Part shown: one piece after another, positions 9,570-21,027 of the stretch
How positions within the stretch are numbered: the stretch's first letter is position 1
Layout: every line of letters starts with the position of its first letter
From: Candidatus Thioglobus vulcanius
Lineage (GTDB): Bacteria > Pseudomonadota > Gammaproteobacteria > PS1 > Pseudothioglobaceae
Length of the DNA: 64,000 nucleotides
Assembly (NCBI GenBank): GCA_910595855.1
Contig: CAJVCJ010000021.1
Location: 13,534-77,533 of the forward strand
Direction of reading: 5' to 3'
Notes under the pieces: model-generated
What the model was told of the DNA's origin: nothing
The model's database searches: none
The model's input: the letters and a program-made list of their open reading frames with translations, nothing else
Made by a program: the position numbers and the translations under genes

Positions 9570-10561
9570 AACAATTAACCGATCCATTTAATCGAAATAT
9601 TACCTATCTCAGGGTATCAGTAACGGATCATTGTAACTATCGTTGTCACTATTGTCGTGACGAAGATCATGTGACAGACACAACCAGGAATGATATATTA
9701 TCATACGAAGAGCTGGCTAGAATTGTACGATTGTTTGCTGAATTAGGAATTACTAAAGTCAGGTTAACAGGTGGTGAGCCACTTTTACGCAAAGATATTC
9801 TAAAGCTAGCAACCATGCTTGGTGAAATTCCTGGCATTGATGACATCCCTCTTTCAACCAATGCACATTTATTATCGCCAATCGCTAATCAACTACAAAA
9901 AGCCGGCATCAATCGGGTTAATATTTCTATTGATTCACTCAACCAAGATCGATTTGAACAGATTACTCGTGGCGGAGATTTAGATAAAGTCATTCAAGGC
10001 ATTGACAGCGCTATCGAATCAGGCATGAATCCTATTAAGTTAAATATGGTGGTGATGCGCGGTGTTAATGACGATGAGATCGAAGCCATGATTGACTTTG
10101 CCATTGAACGTAAAATTGACATTCGCTTTATCGAAACCATGCCAATTGGTGCAGCAGGAATTGACGCAGTAGATCATCACTATAGTGAAGCTGAAATCGT
10201 AAAAAGAATACGTGCGCACTTACCAGATCGATTGATTACAGTCAAATCTAAACAAACAGCAGGGCCTGCAAAATCTTACCTAATCAATAACACCGAAACA
10301 TCAGTAGGTACAATTTCTGCAGTTTCTAATAATTTTTGCAGCAGTTGTAACCGTGTCAGGCTAACCGCCAAAGGGCGGTTAATCTTATGCCTTGGTCAGG
10401 AAAATTCAATTTCATTGCGTGATGCGATTAGATCAAATATGAATGATAATGACATTAAGACTATGATTATTAATGCCATTACTCACAAACCTGAAAAACA
10501 TGAATTTGACACCAATATGAATAATATCAATAACGTCCAAATGGTGGAAATTGGCGGATGA
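9566..10561 (+). CDS. moaA: GTP 3',8-cyclase (radical SAM)
   Basis: CNYRCHYC radical-SAM cluster motif and C-terminal [13 protein letters not shown]. The track start at 9551 is TTG. ATG 9566 forms an ATGA overlap with the moaC stop. Confidence 0.9.
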   Translation: MKQLTDPFNRNITYLRVSVTDHCNYRCHYCRDEDHVTDTTRNDILSYEELARIVRLFAELGITKVRLTGGEPLLRKDILKLATMLGEIPGIDDIPLSTNAHLLSPIANQLQKAGINRVNISIDSLNQDRFEQITRGGDLDKVIQGIDSAIESGMNPIKLNMVVMRGVNDDEIEAMIDFAIERKIDIRFIETMPIGAAGIDAVDHHYSEAEIVKRIRAHLPDRLITVKSKQTAGPAKSYLINNTETSVGTISAVSNNFCSSCNRVRLTAKGRLILCLGQENSISLRDAIRSNMNDNDIKTMIINAITHKPEKHEFDTNMNNINNVQMVEIGG

Positions 10562-10794
10562 ACATTTTATACTTTGCCTCACTAAAAGAATCTCTTAATA
10601 TTTCTAATGAAGAGATACTAGCAACCCCTGATATGACTGTAATAGAGCTAAGATCACTATTAATTAATCAACATGGAGAGCAGCATTTTCCAAGCAATAT
10701 TCTATGCGCTGTAAACCAGGTAATTGCCAACAACTCAACCCAATTAAACAATGACGATGAGGTGGCTTTTTATCCACCTGTTACTGGCGGATAA
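10558..10794 (+). CDS. moaD: Molybdopterin synthase sulfur-carrier subunit
   Basis: 78 aa, ubiquitin-like size, ends ...YPPVTGG. Start overlaps the moaA stop. Confidence 0.85.
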   Translation: MNILYFASLKESLNISNEEILATPDMTVIELRSLLINQHGEQHFPSNILCAVNQVIANNSTQLNNDDEVAFYPPVTGG

Positions 10795-10834
10795 TCCAAC
10801 TATTAAGCAAGCCTAATAATAACTTTATTTTTTA

Positions 10835-11170
10835 TTAGCCAGTACTCCAACCTCTGGGACGTCTCATACCCGATATTTTGCATGCTTGTTTGACGTAACC
10901 ATAAGGAAACATGGTGAATAATTTAGTTTTAGCAACTTTTTTATCAACACCAAAATCACTCACCATTTGTTTGGTTGTATGTCGTACGTCAGGTGCAACA
11001 CCATTATCATCGTAAAAATTACGCATAAAATTAAACACCGTCCAATAATCATCATTCAATTCAATATTTTCTGAATTGGCCAACTCAAGTGCCACATCAT
11101 GATCCCAATCTTCAGGATGAATTAAATACCCTTCCTCGTCTAATTCAATGTCTCGTTCATTAATTTTCAT
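10835..11170 (-). CDS. DsrC/TusE-family protein lacking the penultimate C-terminal cysteine
   Basis: 111 aa. Family hallmarks: EGYLIHPEDWD, YWTVFNFMRNFY and FPYGYVKQACKISGM. The C-terminus reads RRPRGWSTG instead of the ...TGCV-type arm. Confidence 0.75.
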   Translation of the reverse strand: MKINERDIELDEEGYLIHPEDWDHDVALELANSENIELNDDYWTVFNFMRNFYDDNGVAPDVRHTTKQMVSDFGVDKKVAKTKLFTMFPYGYVKQACKISGMRRPRGWSTG

Positions 11171-11484
11171 CTTAAAGTAAACTCCTTTTTGATATGGTTA
11201 CCATTAGCCTAAAAAAACTTAGATAACCAAAGCTTCATTAATAAAAAAAATTATATCAGCCTTTATCTTGAGTATCTTTACAATCAACTTTATATTCAGT
11301 TGTAAATCTCAACCTCTCTATTTATAGATTATCAAAGCAGGCATTGATAATTAAAAAAAATTTTAATTCACTCAACCTATCTCAAAAAAAACTCTCATTT
11401 AAGATGTTATGACTTATATTTTTTCGAATTCAGCAAAAACTTCAGGTTAAAATTAATCACAATTTATTAAATAGACGTTAGAAA

Positions 11485-12015
11485 ATGAATACTACAAAAA
11501 TAAAGGTTGGATTTATTACAATATCAGATCGAGCTGCTCGTGGTGAATACGAAGATATTGGTGGACCTGCCATGCAAGACTGGATCAAGAGTGCCATACT
11601 TTCTCCTTATGAGGTTGAGCACATTATTATTGAAGATGAGCAAGCTTTGATCGAACAAACTATGATTAGCTTTGCTGACGACCTGCAGTGTAATTTAATT
11701 CTAACCACCGGTGGCACAGGACCAACCACACGCGACGTTACCCCTGAAGCAACGCATGCTGTATGTGAACGAATCTTTGATGGCTTTGCCGAGCAAATGC
11801 GTAATGTTAGTTTACGCACGGTCCCAACCGCTATTTTGTCACGTCAAACAGCTGGCACACGAGGATCAAGCTTAATCATCAATCTACCGGGAAAACCCGC
11901 AGCAATAGCTGTATGCTTAGGTGCAGTATTCCTAGCTGTACCCAAATGTTTAGAATTATTAGACAATTCCAATATTCAAATAGATCTTAATTTTGTCGAG
12001 CAAGAATTTGAATAA
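11485..12015 (+). CDS. mog: Molybdopterin adenylyltransferase (Mog/MoaB family)
   Basis: 176 aa. ISDRAARGEYEDIGGPA, LILTTGGTGPTTRDVTPEAT and TAILSRQ closely track E. coli MogA. Confidence 0.85.
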   Translation: MNTTKIKVGFITISDRAARGEYEDIGGPAMQDWIKSAILSPYEVEHIIIEDEQALIEQTMISFADDLQCNLILTTGGTGPTTRDVTPEATHAVCERIFDGFAEQMRNVSLRTVPTAILSRQTAGTRGSSLIINLPGKPAAIAVCLGAVFLAVPKCLELLDNSNIQIDLNFVEQEFE

Positions 12016-12087
12016 CATTAAGCTATGTAAAACCCACAATCTACTTTTATATTTTCACTGATTTAGCAATATATTTAAATCATATGC

Positions 12088-12119
12088 AAAAAAAAACCCC
12101 GTAAAACGGGGTTTTTTTT
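12088..12119. terminator. Bidirectional rho-independent terminator between convergent mog and groEL
   Basis: A9-CCCCG-taaaa-CGGGG-T8, read directly. Confidence 0.85.
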
Positions 12120-12144
12120 GTACTTAGAAAATCACGTTATATGA

Positions 12145-14075
<1,931 letters not shown>

Positions 14076-14184
14076 TGTTTTCTCCTAAATTAAAAATATA
14101 GACTAAATTCTAAAGGCTTGTGTATAGCTGTAGCGTTGTGATACTAATGCATTTAACAAAAACACTTTGATTATCTAATTGGAT

Positions 14185-14212
14185 ATATGGGGTTGTTTTT
14201 TATACTTTCAAG
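14185..14212 (-). promoter_or_regulatory. Sigma-32 (RpoH) heat-shock promoter for groES-groEL
   Basis: Minus strand reads CTTGAAA-N13-CCCCATAT, against the consensus CTTGAAA-N13-15-CCCCATNT. About 110 nt upstream of the groES ATG. Confidence 0.8.
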
Positions 14213-14282
14213 CATCTAGTATAAAAAAATATAGTAAGTTTGGCTAATAAGCTAACGGTAATTAATGTTTTTAAAATAAATA

Positions 14283-15161
14283 TCACTCACTGATTGAATT
14301 AGCCAATTGACGTCGGTAATTAGCACTCATTTCTGGATTAGTTTTTTCTAGCATATTGCATATCATGCCAATCATCTCTCTAGCAGCACCTTCTCTAAAT
14401 TTATCATCATTTTGTTGAATCTTAAATAACAACTCAACGCCTTTTTCAATGTTATGTTGGGCAATGAAGCAAACGGCCAAATCAAAAAGAGCCTGGTTGT
14501 TATCTGGTTCTTTTAATAACAATACTTGTAATGATTCAATTCCTATTGTCTCTTGTGCTAATTTTTTAAAATTTAATTGGCTCGAAATAGATAATCCGAT
14601 TTCACTATTTCTCGCCTCATCACCCAATCTAGAAAACAAACCTTCAGCTTGCTCAAGTTCGTTAATATCAAGAAATATTTGAACCATATCAAGCGCCACT
14701 CTGACATTACTCGGATCAGATTTAATGGCTTGCGTTAATAGCATGATCGCCTCAGAAGTTTCGCCTAATAAATGTTGTTCACGCGCTTTTTCACGTACTT
14801 CATCAGACTCTCTAAATACACCATAATGCTTTAACAACAATCTTAACTCATCAGTTCGGTACTGTCCTTCTTCTCTTTGTACTTCAACACCATCTTTAAA
14901 AACGACAATAGTTGGCACGTTTTTAACTGCAAACTGATCTTTTAACTCTTCTTGCTCATCAATATCAATTTTTGCAAAAATAAAATCACCAGGAAATTCT
15001 GTTGCTAATTGTGAAAGTTCGTCTGACATTTGAATACATGGCCCAGCCCAAACAGCCATAAATTCAACAATTACAGGAATGTGTGATGAATTGTGGATAA
15101 CTAGGTCTTCAAAATTACTTTTACTGACTTCAAAAATTAGAGGTTTATTTTCGGTATTCAC
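14283..15161 (-). CDS. cnoX: Thioredoxin-fold + TPR co-chaperone (YbbN/CnoX family)
   Basis: 292 aa. Trx-like N-domain with the monothiol motif WAGPC. TPR-like C-domain ending ANYRRQLANSISE (E. coli YbbN has KYRRQLYALLY). GTG start with an AAGGAAA SD. Confidence 0.8.
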   Translation of the reverse strand: MNTENKPLIFEVSKSNFEDLVIHNSSHIPVIVEFMAVWAGPCIQMSDELSQLATEFPGDFIFAKIDIDEQEELKDQFAVKNVPTIVVFKDGVEVQREEGQYRTDELRLLLKHYGVFRESDEVREKAREQHLLGETSEAIMLLTQAIKSDPSNVRVALDMVQIFLDINELEQAEGLFSRLGDEARNSEIGLSISSQLNFKKLAQETIGIESLQVLLLKEPDNNQALFDLAVCFIAQHNIEKGVELLFKIQQNDDKFREGAAREMIGMICNMLEKTNPEMSANYRRQLANSISE

Positions 15162-15184
15162 AGAATTTCCTTTTGTTTATTTAT

Positions 15185-15439
15185 TTAACGGGGTTGGAAC
15201 AAAATCGCTTTAATCGATTGATAGTTAGTGGCTATATTGCGTAAATTTTCTTCACCCAATTCTGAATCTATCCTTCCTTGATTGAGATCTTTAACTTGAT
15301 CTGCATACATTTTTTTAAGCGTATCTAATGTTGCAGAAATCTCATACACGGTAGGATTGCCTGACTCCGCCCAATCTTGAGGTAACGTATGAGGATATTT
15401 CGGAACAAACTCAATGAGTTTTTCATCATCCTCAAACAT
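15185..15439 (-). CDS. Hypothetical 84-aa protein directly downstream of cbbO
   Basis: ATG lies 4 nt after the cbbO stop. No recognisable motif or obvious SD. Coding status inferred from packing only. Confidence 0.5.
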   Translation of the reverse strand: MFEDDEKLIEFVPKYPHTLPQDWAESGNPTVYEISATLDTLKKMYADQVKDLNQGRIDSELGEENLRNIATNYQSIKAILFQPR

Positions 15440-15443
15440 TTAC

Positions 15444-17789
15444 TTAGGCAGTCAAGCTGGCAAACAACAGTGGTAGCTGTTCAGGAAGTTTTTCAACATT
15501 CTCAATAACCGTATAGTTGTTTTCACCAAAAATTCTCTTAACATAACTATCAGCATTTGGATCCAGAGTTAAACAGTACGTTAAGACACCCGTTGAATAA
15601 AGCTCTTCTACAGCCTTCTTGGTATCAAAACGCAAGTGTTGCGGATCTGTCTCATCAATATCTGCCGGTTCACCATCAGTTACTAATAAGATCAACTTAC
15701 GCTTTTCTTGTTGTTTATGCAAATGAGCACCTGCATGCCTTAATGCAGCACCCATTCGAGTGGATAAGCCACCCTGCATGCCAGCAAGACGCGCCTTGGC
15801 TTCATCATCAAAATGCTGATTGAAATCTTTAAAACGGAAATATTGAACGTCATGACGTCCATCGGAGGCAAAACCATGCAGTGCAAATGGATCGCCAATA
15901 CCTTCCATGGCAACAGATACCAAAGTAGCTGCTTCTCGAGTGAGCTGTAAAATGGTTTTATCACTATCACCCACATACTCGTTAGTTGATTCAGAAAGAT
16001 CAAGCAAAACAACAATAGACAAATCTCTAGTATTAAGCACATTACGCATAGTGATGCGTGGATTTGGCTGATCACCCATGCGTATAGATATCATAGCATC
16101 AATCGCTGCATTAATATCAACCTCGTCACCATCCTCCAGGCCACGCTTACGCTGTACACCTGCAGGTGCTAATAAATCAATAATTTGTCGAATTTTATGG
16201 GCGATCGGCTTATGTACTTGCAGGATATCTTCAATATCCTCCGGGTTACCTTTGATAGGACGGCGCTCGTAAATGGTCGCCCAATCTGGACGGTGTAACT
16301 GAATTTGATAATCCCACTCATGATAATGATAAGGATCTGAAATTGGCTCTGTACCCCAAGCATCATTAAATGAGTGAGCAGTATCTGTTAAGTCATCTTC
16401 ATAAAAGCGCATTAAATCTTTACAAGTCCATACGACTTGAGCATCATCACCAGCAAGCTCACAATCAACCTCGTGTGCCATCATTAATGGACTTACTTCG
16501 AATCGTTGTTGAGCCTGACTAGCAGCGATATATTCATCACCCATATCCCAATTAACATCTTCAAAATGCCAGATAATACGATTGTCATCTCTATAGTCAA
16601 CTCGGTAACGCTCTAAAATTCTTAAACTAGGCACCGCCTTACGGCCAGAGAATAAGTTATAAAGCTCAATACCCATTAACCAAGCAAAACGATTATCATC
16701 TTTATTTTCTTCGATATTGGCGTGGAATTTAGCAGCGAACTCATTTAGTTGAGCATCACTACCTTGGGCATCTTTATCAAGTAACTGCAAAGCAAAACCC
16801 TCAAGAATTTCCATGGTTTTATGCTCTGCTGGCTCTTCATGCTCCAGCAACATTAAAGAACGCCATAATTTCTTTAGTCCTGGGAAATCTTGTGCCGCTT
16901 TATATTCAACACGTGCGTCCTCAAGAAGGCCAACAAAAAACATTTGTGCTGGACTAAGTTGATCTGCGGACATTGATTTGTCGGTATACATCATATGTGC
17001 CGCCATATGCGCGACTGTAGCACGGTAGATTTCCAAACCTTCAATACCTTCAATATCATCAAGTGCATCAGGAACATACATGATACGAGTATCCACGTAT
17101 GGTCTAAAATCTGTGTATTCAGCCCCTGTTGGGCGAATAAAGAAATCACGACCCCATAAAGCACGTAGATAGAAGTTTAACTTTCGCTGAACTCTAACAA
17201 ACAAAACACCACGCCTTTCACGCTCCAGCATGGCACGTGAATCTTGAGATTCTAATGAGAAGTAAGAGGTAAGATTTTTAAAGTCTCTTCGATACGCTTT
17301 GGCACCAAATTGAGCCCAGCGACGTAAACCACTTAACGTTAATTTAGAGAGTAATTGATCAATGTTAATTAACATTGGACGAATACCTCTAGAGGCTGTC
17401 GATGCCAATTGGTGGATTAACGTTAGATATCCACGTACAAGCTGTGCATCACCTAAATGGCGAGCAACCAACGGCAAAGTGGAAAGCAATAACGAGATAA
17501 CTTCACCTGAGGTCAAAGATGAAGCCTTCATTGCAGCAGTAACACAGTCAGGAATGATATCCTCACCACATTCTTTTGCAATTTGCGGCATAACTTCTAG
17601 ATAAGTAATTACCAAGTCATTACCTCTGCCCAAACCGCACAATGACTTAGCACCATCTAAATAATCTTTTAATCCTGCTGGTGATATAACACGAGCAGCA
17701 TCCTGAAAAGTTGCATCCAAAACACCTCTTACTTCAGGTGCAATTTTTTCTAGAAACTCTGCATAATCTTCAAGTACAACTTTTGACAT
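15444..17789 (-). CDS. cbbO: RuBisCO activase adaptor subunit CbbO (C-terminal VWA domain)
   Basis: 781 aa downstream of cbbQ. VWA MIDAS motif VVLLDLSESTN, then LILLVTDGEPADID. Confidence 0.9.
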   Translation of the reverse strand: MSKVVLEDYAEFLEKIAPEVRGVLDATFQDAARVISPAGLKDYLDGAKSLCGLGRGNDLVITYLEVMPQIAKECGEDIIPDCVTAAMKASSLTSGEVISLLLSTLPLVARHLGDAQLVRGYLTLIHQLASTASRGIRPMLINIDQLLSKLTLSGLRRWAQFGAKAYRRDFKNLTSYFSLESQDSRAMLERERRGVLFVRVQRKLNFYLRALWGRDFFIRPTGAEYTDFRPYVDTRIMYVPDALDDIEGIEGLEIYRATVAHMAAHMMYTDKSMSADQLSPAQMFFVGLLEDARVEYKAAQDFPGLKKLWRSLMLLEHEEPAEHKTMEILEGFALQLLDKDAQGSDAQLNEFAAKFHANIEENKDDNRFAWLMGIELYNLFSGRKAVPSLRILERYRVDYRDDNRIIWHFEDVNWDMGDEYIAASQAQQRFEVSPLMMAHEVDCELAGDDAQVVWTCKDLMRFYEDDLTDTAHSFNDAWGTEPISDPYHYHEWDYQIQLHRPDWATIYERRPIKGNPEDIEDILQVHKPIAHKIRQIIDLLAPAGVQRKRGLEDGDEVDINAAIDAMISIRMGDQPNPRITMRNVLNTRDLSIVVLLDLSESTNEYVGDSDKTILQLTREAATLVSVAMEGIGDPFALHGFASDGRHDVQYFRFKDFNQHFDDEAKARLAGMQGGLSTRMGAALRHAGAHLHKQQEKRKLILLVTDGEPADIDETDPQHLRFDTKKAVEELYSTGVLTYCLTLDPNADSYVKRIFGENNYTVIENVEKLPEQLPLLFASLTA

Positions 17790-17886
17790 AATAATCTACC
17801 TTGATTAATCACTTCAAACTAAGCCCATTAGATTTTAAAATTAATCTATCTAATAAACTCTCTTATTAACAATAAGTGGCCTTTAT

Positions 17887-18702
17887 TTAGCCAAGAAACG
17901 TTTGTACAGCAGCTTGAAGTGTATCACGCATATCAGGATCATCCGTTAATGGAGTGATCATTGTCATACTACATGCCGATTCAGCATCAACACCTTGTGC
18001 GATTAACTGACCTGCGTATACCAATAAACGAGTAGAGATACCCTCATCAAGACCATGACCCTTAAGGTTACGAGCACGATGTGCAATTTGCACCAACTTT
18101 TCAGCGGTAGCTTGATCAACACCAGACTCTTTAGTGACAATCGCCACCTCCAACTCAGTTTCAGGGTAATCAAAATCCATTCCACCAAAACGTTGCTTAG
18201 TAGATTGCTTAAGATCTTTCATCAAACTTTGGTAACCAGGGTTATATGAAATAACTAATTGGAAATCAGGATGAGCCTTAACAAGCTCACCTTTTTTATC
18301 AAGTGGTAACTCACGACGGTGGTCTGTTAATGGGTGAATAACAACTGTAGTATCCTGACGTGCTTCAACAATTTCATCCAAATAACAAATTGCACCAATT
18401 CGAGCTGCAGTTGTTAAGGGTCCGTCCTGCCATTTTGTGCCGTCTTTGTCTAAAAGAAAACGACCAACCAAATCAGAGGCTGTCATGTCTTCGTTACAAG
18501 CAACACTAATTAAAGGTCGACCTAATTTCCAAGCCATATACTCAACAAAACGAGATTTACCACAACCTGTTGGACCTTTAATCATCATTGGCATACGAAC
18601 ATCGTATGCTGATTCATAAAGTTCTACTTCATTCGTTACCGATTCATAATACGGCTCATCTTTAATGATATATTGATTTGGATCTACTTTTATTTCAGAC
18701 AT
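17887..18702 (-). CDS. cbbQ: RuBisCO activase MoxR-type AAA+ ATPase CbbQ
   Basis: 271 aa. Walker A GPTGCGKS, Walker [11 protein letters not shown]. Strong SD GGAAGGG. Confidence 0.92.
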   Translation of the reverse strand: MSEIKVDPNQYIIKDEPYYESVTNEVELYESAYDVRMPMMIKGPTGCGKSRFVEYMAWKLGRPLISVACNEDMTASDLVGRFLLDKDGTKWQDGPLTTAARIGAICYLDEIVEARQDTTVVIHPLTDHRRELPLDKKGELVKAHPDFQLVISYNPGYQSLMKDLKQSTKQRFGGMDFDYPETELEVAIVTKESGVDQATAEKLVQIAHRARNLKGHGLDEGISTRLLVYAGQLIAQGVDAESACSMTMITPLTDDPDMRDTLQAAVQTFLG

Positions 18703-18718
18703 AATTTCCCTTCCTTAT

Positions 18719-19033
18719 TTATTCATCTTCATCATCTGTTTCATGCTCACCTGACCAGCCTGAGTTCTTAGCAAACTGAATAGCATTATCATGAATACGT
18801 TGATGACGTTCTCGCAACTCTGGTGGTAAATAACCCACCATACAGCCATATTTATCCCATTCAGCATTGACTTTTTGCAATAATGCGTCAATTCCACCTA
18901 GGTTCCAACCTTCACAGGTCTCTGTTTCTTCGATCAGGCCAAAAACCCAAGCGTCTCTAATTATCTTACCAATAGTGGTCATACCACCGTGGATTTCGTT
19001 GTTAATTCCAACATATGTTTTAGGTTTATTCAT
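18719..19033 (-). CDS. Hypothetical 104-aa acidic-tailed protein between cbbS and cbbQ
   Basis: ORF ends 16 nt before the cbbQ ATG. No known motif. C-terminus EHETDDEDE. Weak SD at 19033. The alternative start M18 (18982) is preceded by GGTGGT. Confidence 0.55.
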   Translation of the reverse strand: MNKPKTYVGINNEIHGGMTTIGKIIRDAWVFGLIEETETCEGWNLGGIDALLQKVNAEWDKYGCMVGYLPPELRERHQRIHDNAIQFAKNSGWSGEHETDDEDE

Positions 19034-19050
19034 AGGCTTATTTTATAGCA

Positions 19051-19086
19051 AAAAAAAACCCCAACTACAAGAGTTGGGGTTTTTTT
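19051..19086 (-). terminator. Strong rho-independent hairpin immediately after cbbS
   Basis: A8-CCCCAACT-acaag-AGTTGGGG-T7. On the minus strand the stem is followed by a T8 run. Confidence 0.85.
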
Positions 19087-19105
19087 GCTTAGAACTTAGT
19101 AACTA

Positions 19106-19453
19106 TTAAACCGTTTTGCCACGGTAAATAACCATTGAAGTACCAGCACATTGTGCGAAGTTGTCTAAACCTAACAAACGAACGTGATTGTCCGGATGTG
19201 CAGTATGACAATTTTCAATTTCTTGAAGAATCGCGTCAACGTCTGTTTCACCAAACATTGGTAGTTTCCACATGTACCAAAATGAACCAGCAGCGTGCTG
19301 TGGCTCAGTGTGTTCGATACTTGGATTCCAACCTTTATCAATAATATATTGAATCTGCACACGCATTTGCTCTGCAGTTAATGTTGGTAGGTATGAGAAA
19401 GTCTCAAATTTACGACTGTCAGTGTTACCTAAACTTGATTGATAATCTTGCAT
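19106..19453 (-). CDS. cbbS: RuBisCO small subunit (form I)
   Basis: 115 aa. [21 protein letters not shown] and WYMWKLPMF. Confidence 0.95.
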   Translation of the reverse strand: MQDYQSSLGNTDSRKFETFSYLPTLTAEQMRVQIQYIIDKGWNPSIEHTEPQHAAGSFWYMWKLPMFGETDVDAILQEIENCHTAHPDNHVRLLGLDNFAQCAGTSMVIYRGKTV

Positions 19454-19516
19454 ATTAATGCTCCTTATATTTTAGTTAATTAACAAGATGTCAAAAAACA
19501 CCTTGTTAGTGACACT

Positions 19517-20935
19517 TTACTTATGTGCTGCGTCAATCTTGTCAACTGTATCGAATTCAAACTTGATTTCTTTCCAAGTTTCCATTGCGATAGCAAGTTC
19601 AGGACTGTGTTTAGCTGCTGAAGTAAGGATATCTTTACCTTCTTTCTCTAATTCACGACCAGAGTTACGAGCTTCAACACAAGCTTCAACCGCTACACGG
19701 TTTGCTGCTGCGCCTGCTGCGTTACCCCACGGGTGACCTAATGTACCACCACCAAACTGTAGACATGAATCGTCACCGAAAATGTTTACTAGTGCTGGCA
19801 TGTGCCATACGTGAATACCACCAGAAGCTACAGGGATTACACCCGGCATAGAGCCCCAGTCTTGATCAAAGAAAATACCGCGTGAACGATCTTCTTTAAT
19901 AAATGAATCACGCATAATGTCGATCCAACCCAATGTTGCTTCGCGGTCGCCTTCAAGCTTACCAACAACAGTACCTGAGTGTAAATGATCACCACCAGAT
20001 AAACGTAAGATCTTAGTCAATACGCGGAAATGGATACCGTGATGTGGGTTACGATCTAATACAGCGTGCATTGCACGGTGAATGTGTAACAACATACCAT
20101 TGTCTTGACACCATTGTGCTAGCTGCGTGTTAGCAGTCCAACCACCAGTGATGTAGTCATGCATAATGATCGGAGAACCGATTTCTTTAGCATACTCAGC
20201 ACGTTGCATCATTTGATCAGAAGTAGGGGCTGTAACGTTTAGGTAGTGACCTTTACGCTCACCAGTTTCAGCTTCAGCTTTCTCGATTGCCTCTTGTACG
20301 AAGTCAAAACGAGCTCTCCAACGCATGAACGGCTGAGAGTTAATGTTTTCATCATCTTTCGTGAAGTCTAAACCACCACGAAGACCTTCATAACATGCAC
20401 GACCGTAGTTCTTAGCAGATAAACCTAACTTAGGCTTAATAGTACAACCCAATAAAGGACGACCATATTTGTTAAGAATATCACGTTCCATCTGGATACC
20501 TTGTGGCGGACCATTACAAGTCATTACATATGCAATAGGGAATCTAATGTCTTCAAGTCTAAGTGCACGTAAAGCTTTAAAGCCGAATACGTTACCAACT
20601 AGAGAAGTCATTACGTTTACAACTGAGCCTTCTTCAAAAAGATCAATTGGGTATGCAACAAATGCATAGAAACATGTGTCGTCGCCCGGAACATCTTCGA
20701 TCGCGTATGCACGACCCTTGTAGTGATCAAGATCTGTTAATAGATCTGTCCATACAGTTGTCCAAGTACCCGTTGAAGACTCAGCTGCTACTGCTGCTGC
20801 AATCTCTTCACGAGGAACACCTTCTTGAGGTGTTACTTTAAAACATGCCAGGATATCCGTTTCTAACGTTTGATAATCCGGCATCCAATATGTATCGCGG
20901 TAGTCTTTAACACCCGCATCATAAACCTTTGCCAT
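19517..20935 (-). CDS. cbbL: RuBisCO large subunit, form IA
   Basis: 472 aa. [13 protein letters not shown] (active-site Lys), [16 protein letters not shown] and [11 protein letters not shown]. The cbbQ/cbbO context and the absence of carboxysome genes point to the IAq type. Confidence 0.97.
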   Translation of the reverse strand: MAKVYDAGVKDYRDTYWMPDYQTLETDILACFKVTPQEGVPREEIAAAVAAESSTGTWTTVWTDLLTDLDHYKGRAYAIEDVPGDDTCFYAFVAYPIDLFEEGSVVNVMTSLVGNVFGFKALRALRLEDIRFPIAYVMTCNGPPQGIQMERDILNKYGRPLLGCTIKPKLGLSAKNYGRACYEGLRGGLDFTKDDENINSQPFMRWRARFDFVQEAIEKAEAETGERKGHYLNVTAPTSDQMMQRAEYAKEIGSPIIMHDYITGGWTANTQLAQWCQDNGMLLHIHRAMHAVLDRNPHHGIHFRVLTKILRLSGGDHLHSGTVVGKLEGDREATLGWIDIMRDSFIKEDRSRGIFFDQDWGSMPGVIPVASGGIHVWHMPALVNIFGDDSCLQFGGGTLGHPWGNAAGAAANRVAVEACVEARNSGRELEKEGKDILTSAAKHSPELAIAMETWKEIKFEFDTVDKIDAAHK

Positions 20936-20986
20936 TATTTTAGCTCCTTATTAAAAGAACCACCATCATACAATATCTAACATTTA

Positions 20987-21010
20987 ATGTAAAATAATAT
21001 TTATTTACAT
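20987..21010. promoter_or_regulatory. Inverted repeat ATGTAAA-N10-TTTACAT in the 92-bp cbbR/cbbL divergent region (candidate CbbR operator)
   Basis: Perfect 7-bp arms read directly, flanked by the direct repeat TAACATTTA at 20978-20986 and 21016-21024. LysR regulators bind dyads in such regions. Confidence 0.45.
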
Positions 21011-21027
21011 AATAATAACATTTACTT

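Noticed and set aside
11328-11351. Inverted repeat ATTATCAA-N8-TTGATAAT (Fur half-site-like) in the 314-bp region between the dsrC-like gene and mog
   Set aside because: The arms are short and AT-rich in a very AT-rich spacer, and the arrangement and spacing do not match a Fur box. This is too weak to call.
14076-14282. Looked for a CIRCE/HrcA operator (TTAGCACTC-N9-GAGTGCTAA) upstream of groES
   Set aside because: No match was seen. A near-consensus sigma-32 promoter explains the region instead.
15740-16075. 111-aa ORF overlapping cbbO in another frame, and further overlapping ORFs at 51425-51835 (136 aa in miaB) and 59705-60103 (132 aa antisense to ispD)
   Set aside because: Each is embedded in a well-supported conserved gene and has a low-complexity or odd composition. 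There is no independent evidence. They are treated as chance open frames in AT-rich DNA.
15444-20935. Carboxysome (cso) locus next to RuBisCO
   Set aside because: No csoS2, csoS3 or shell genes are present. The context is cbbQ/cbbO, so the locus is non-carboxysomal form IA.
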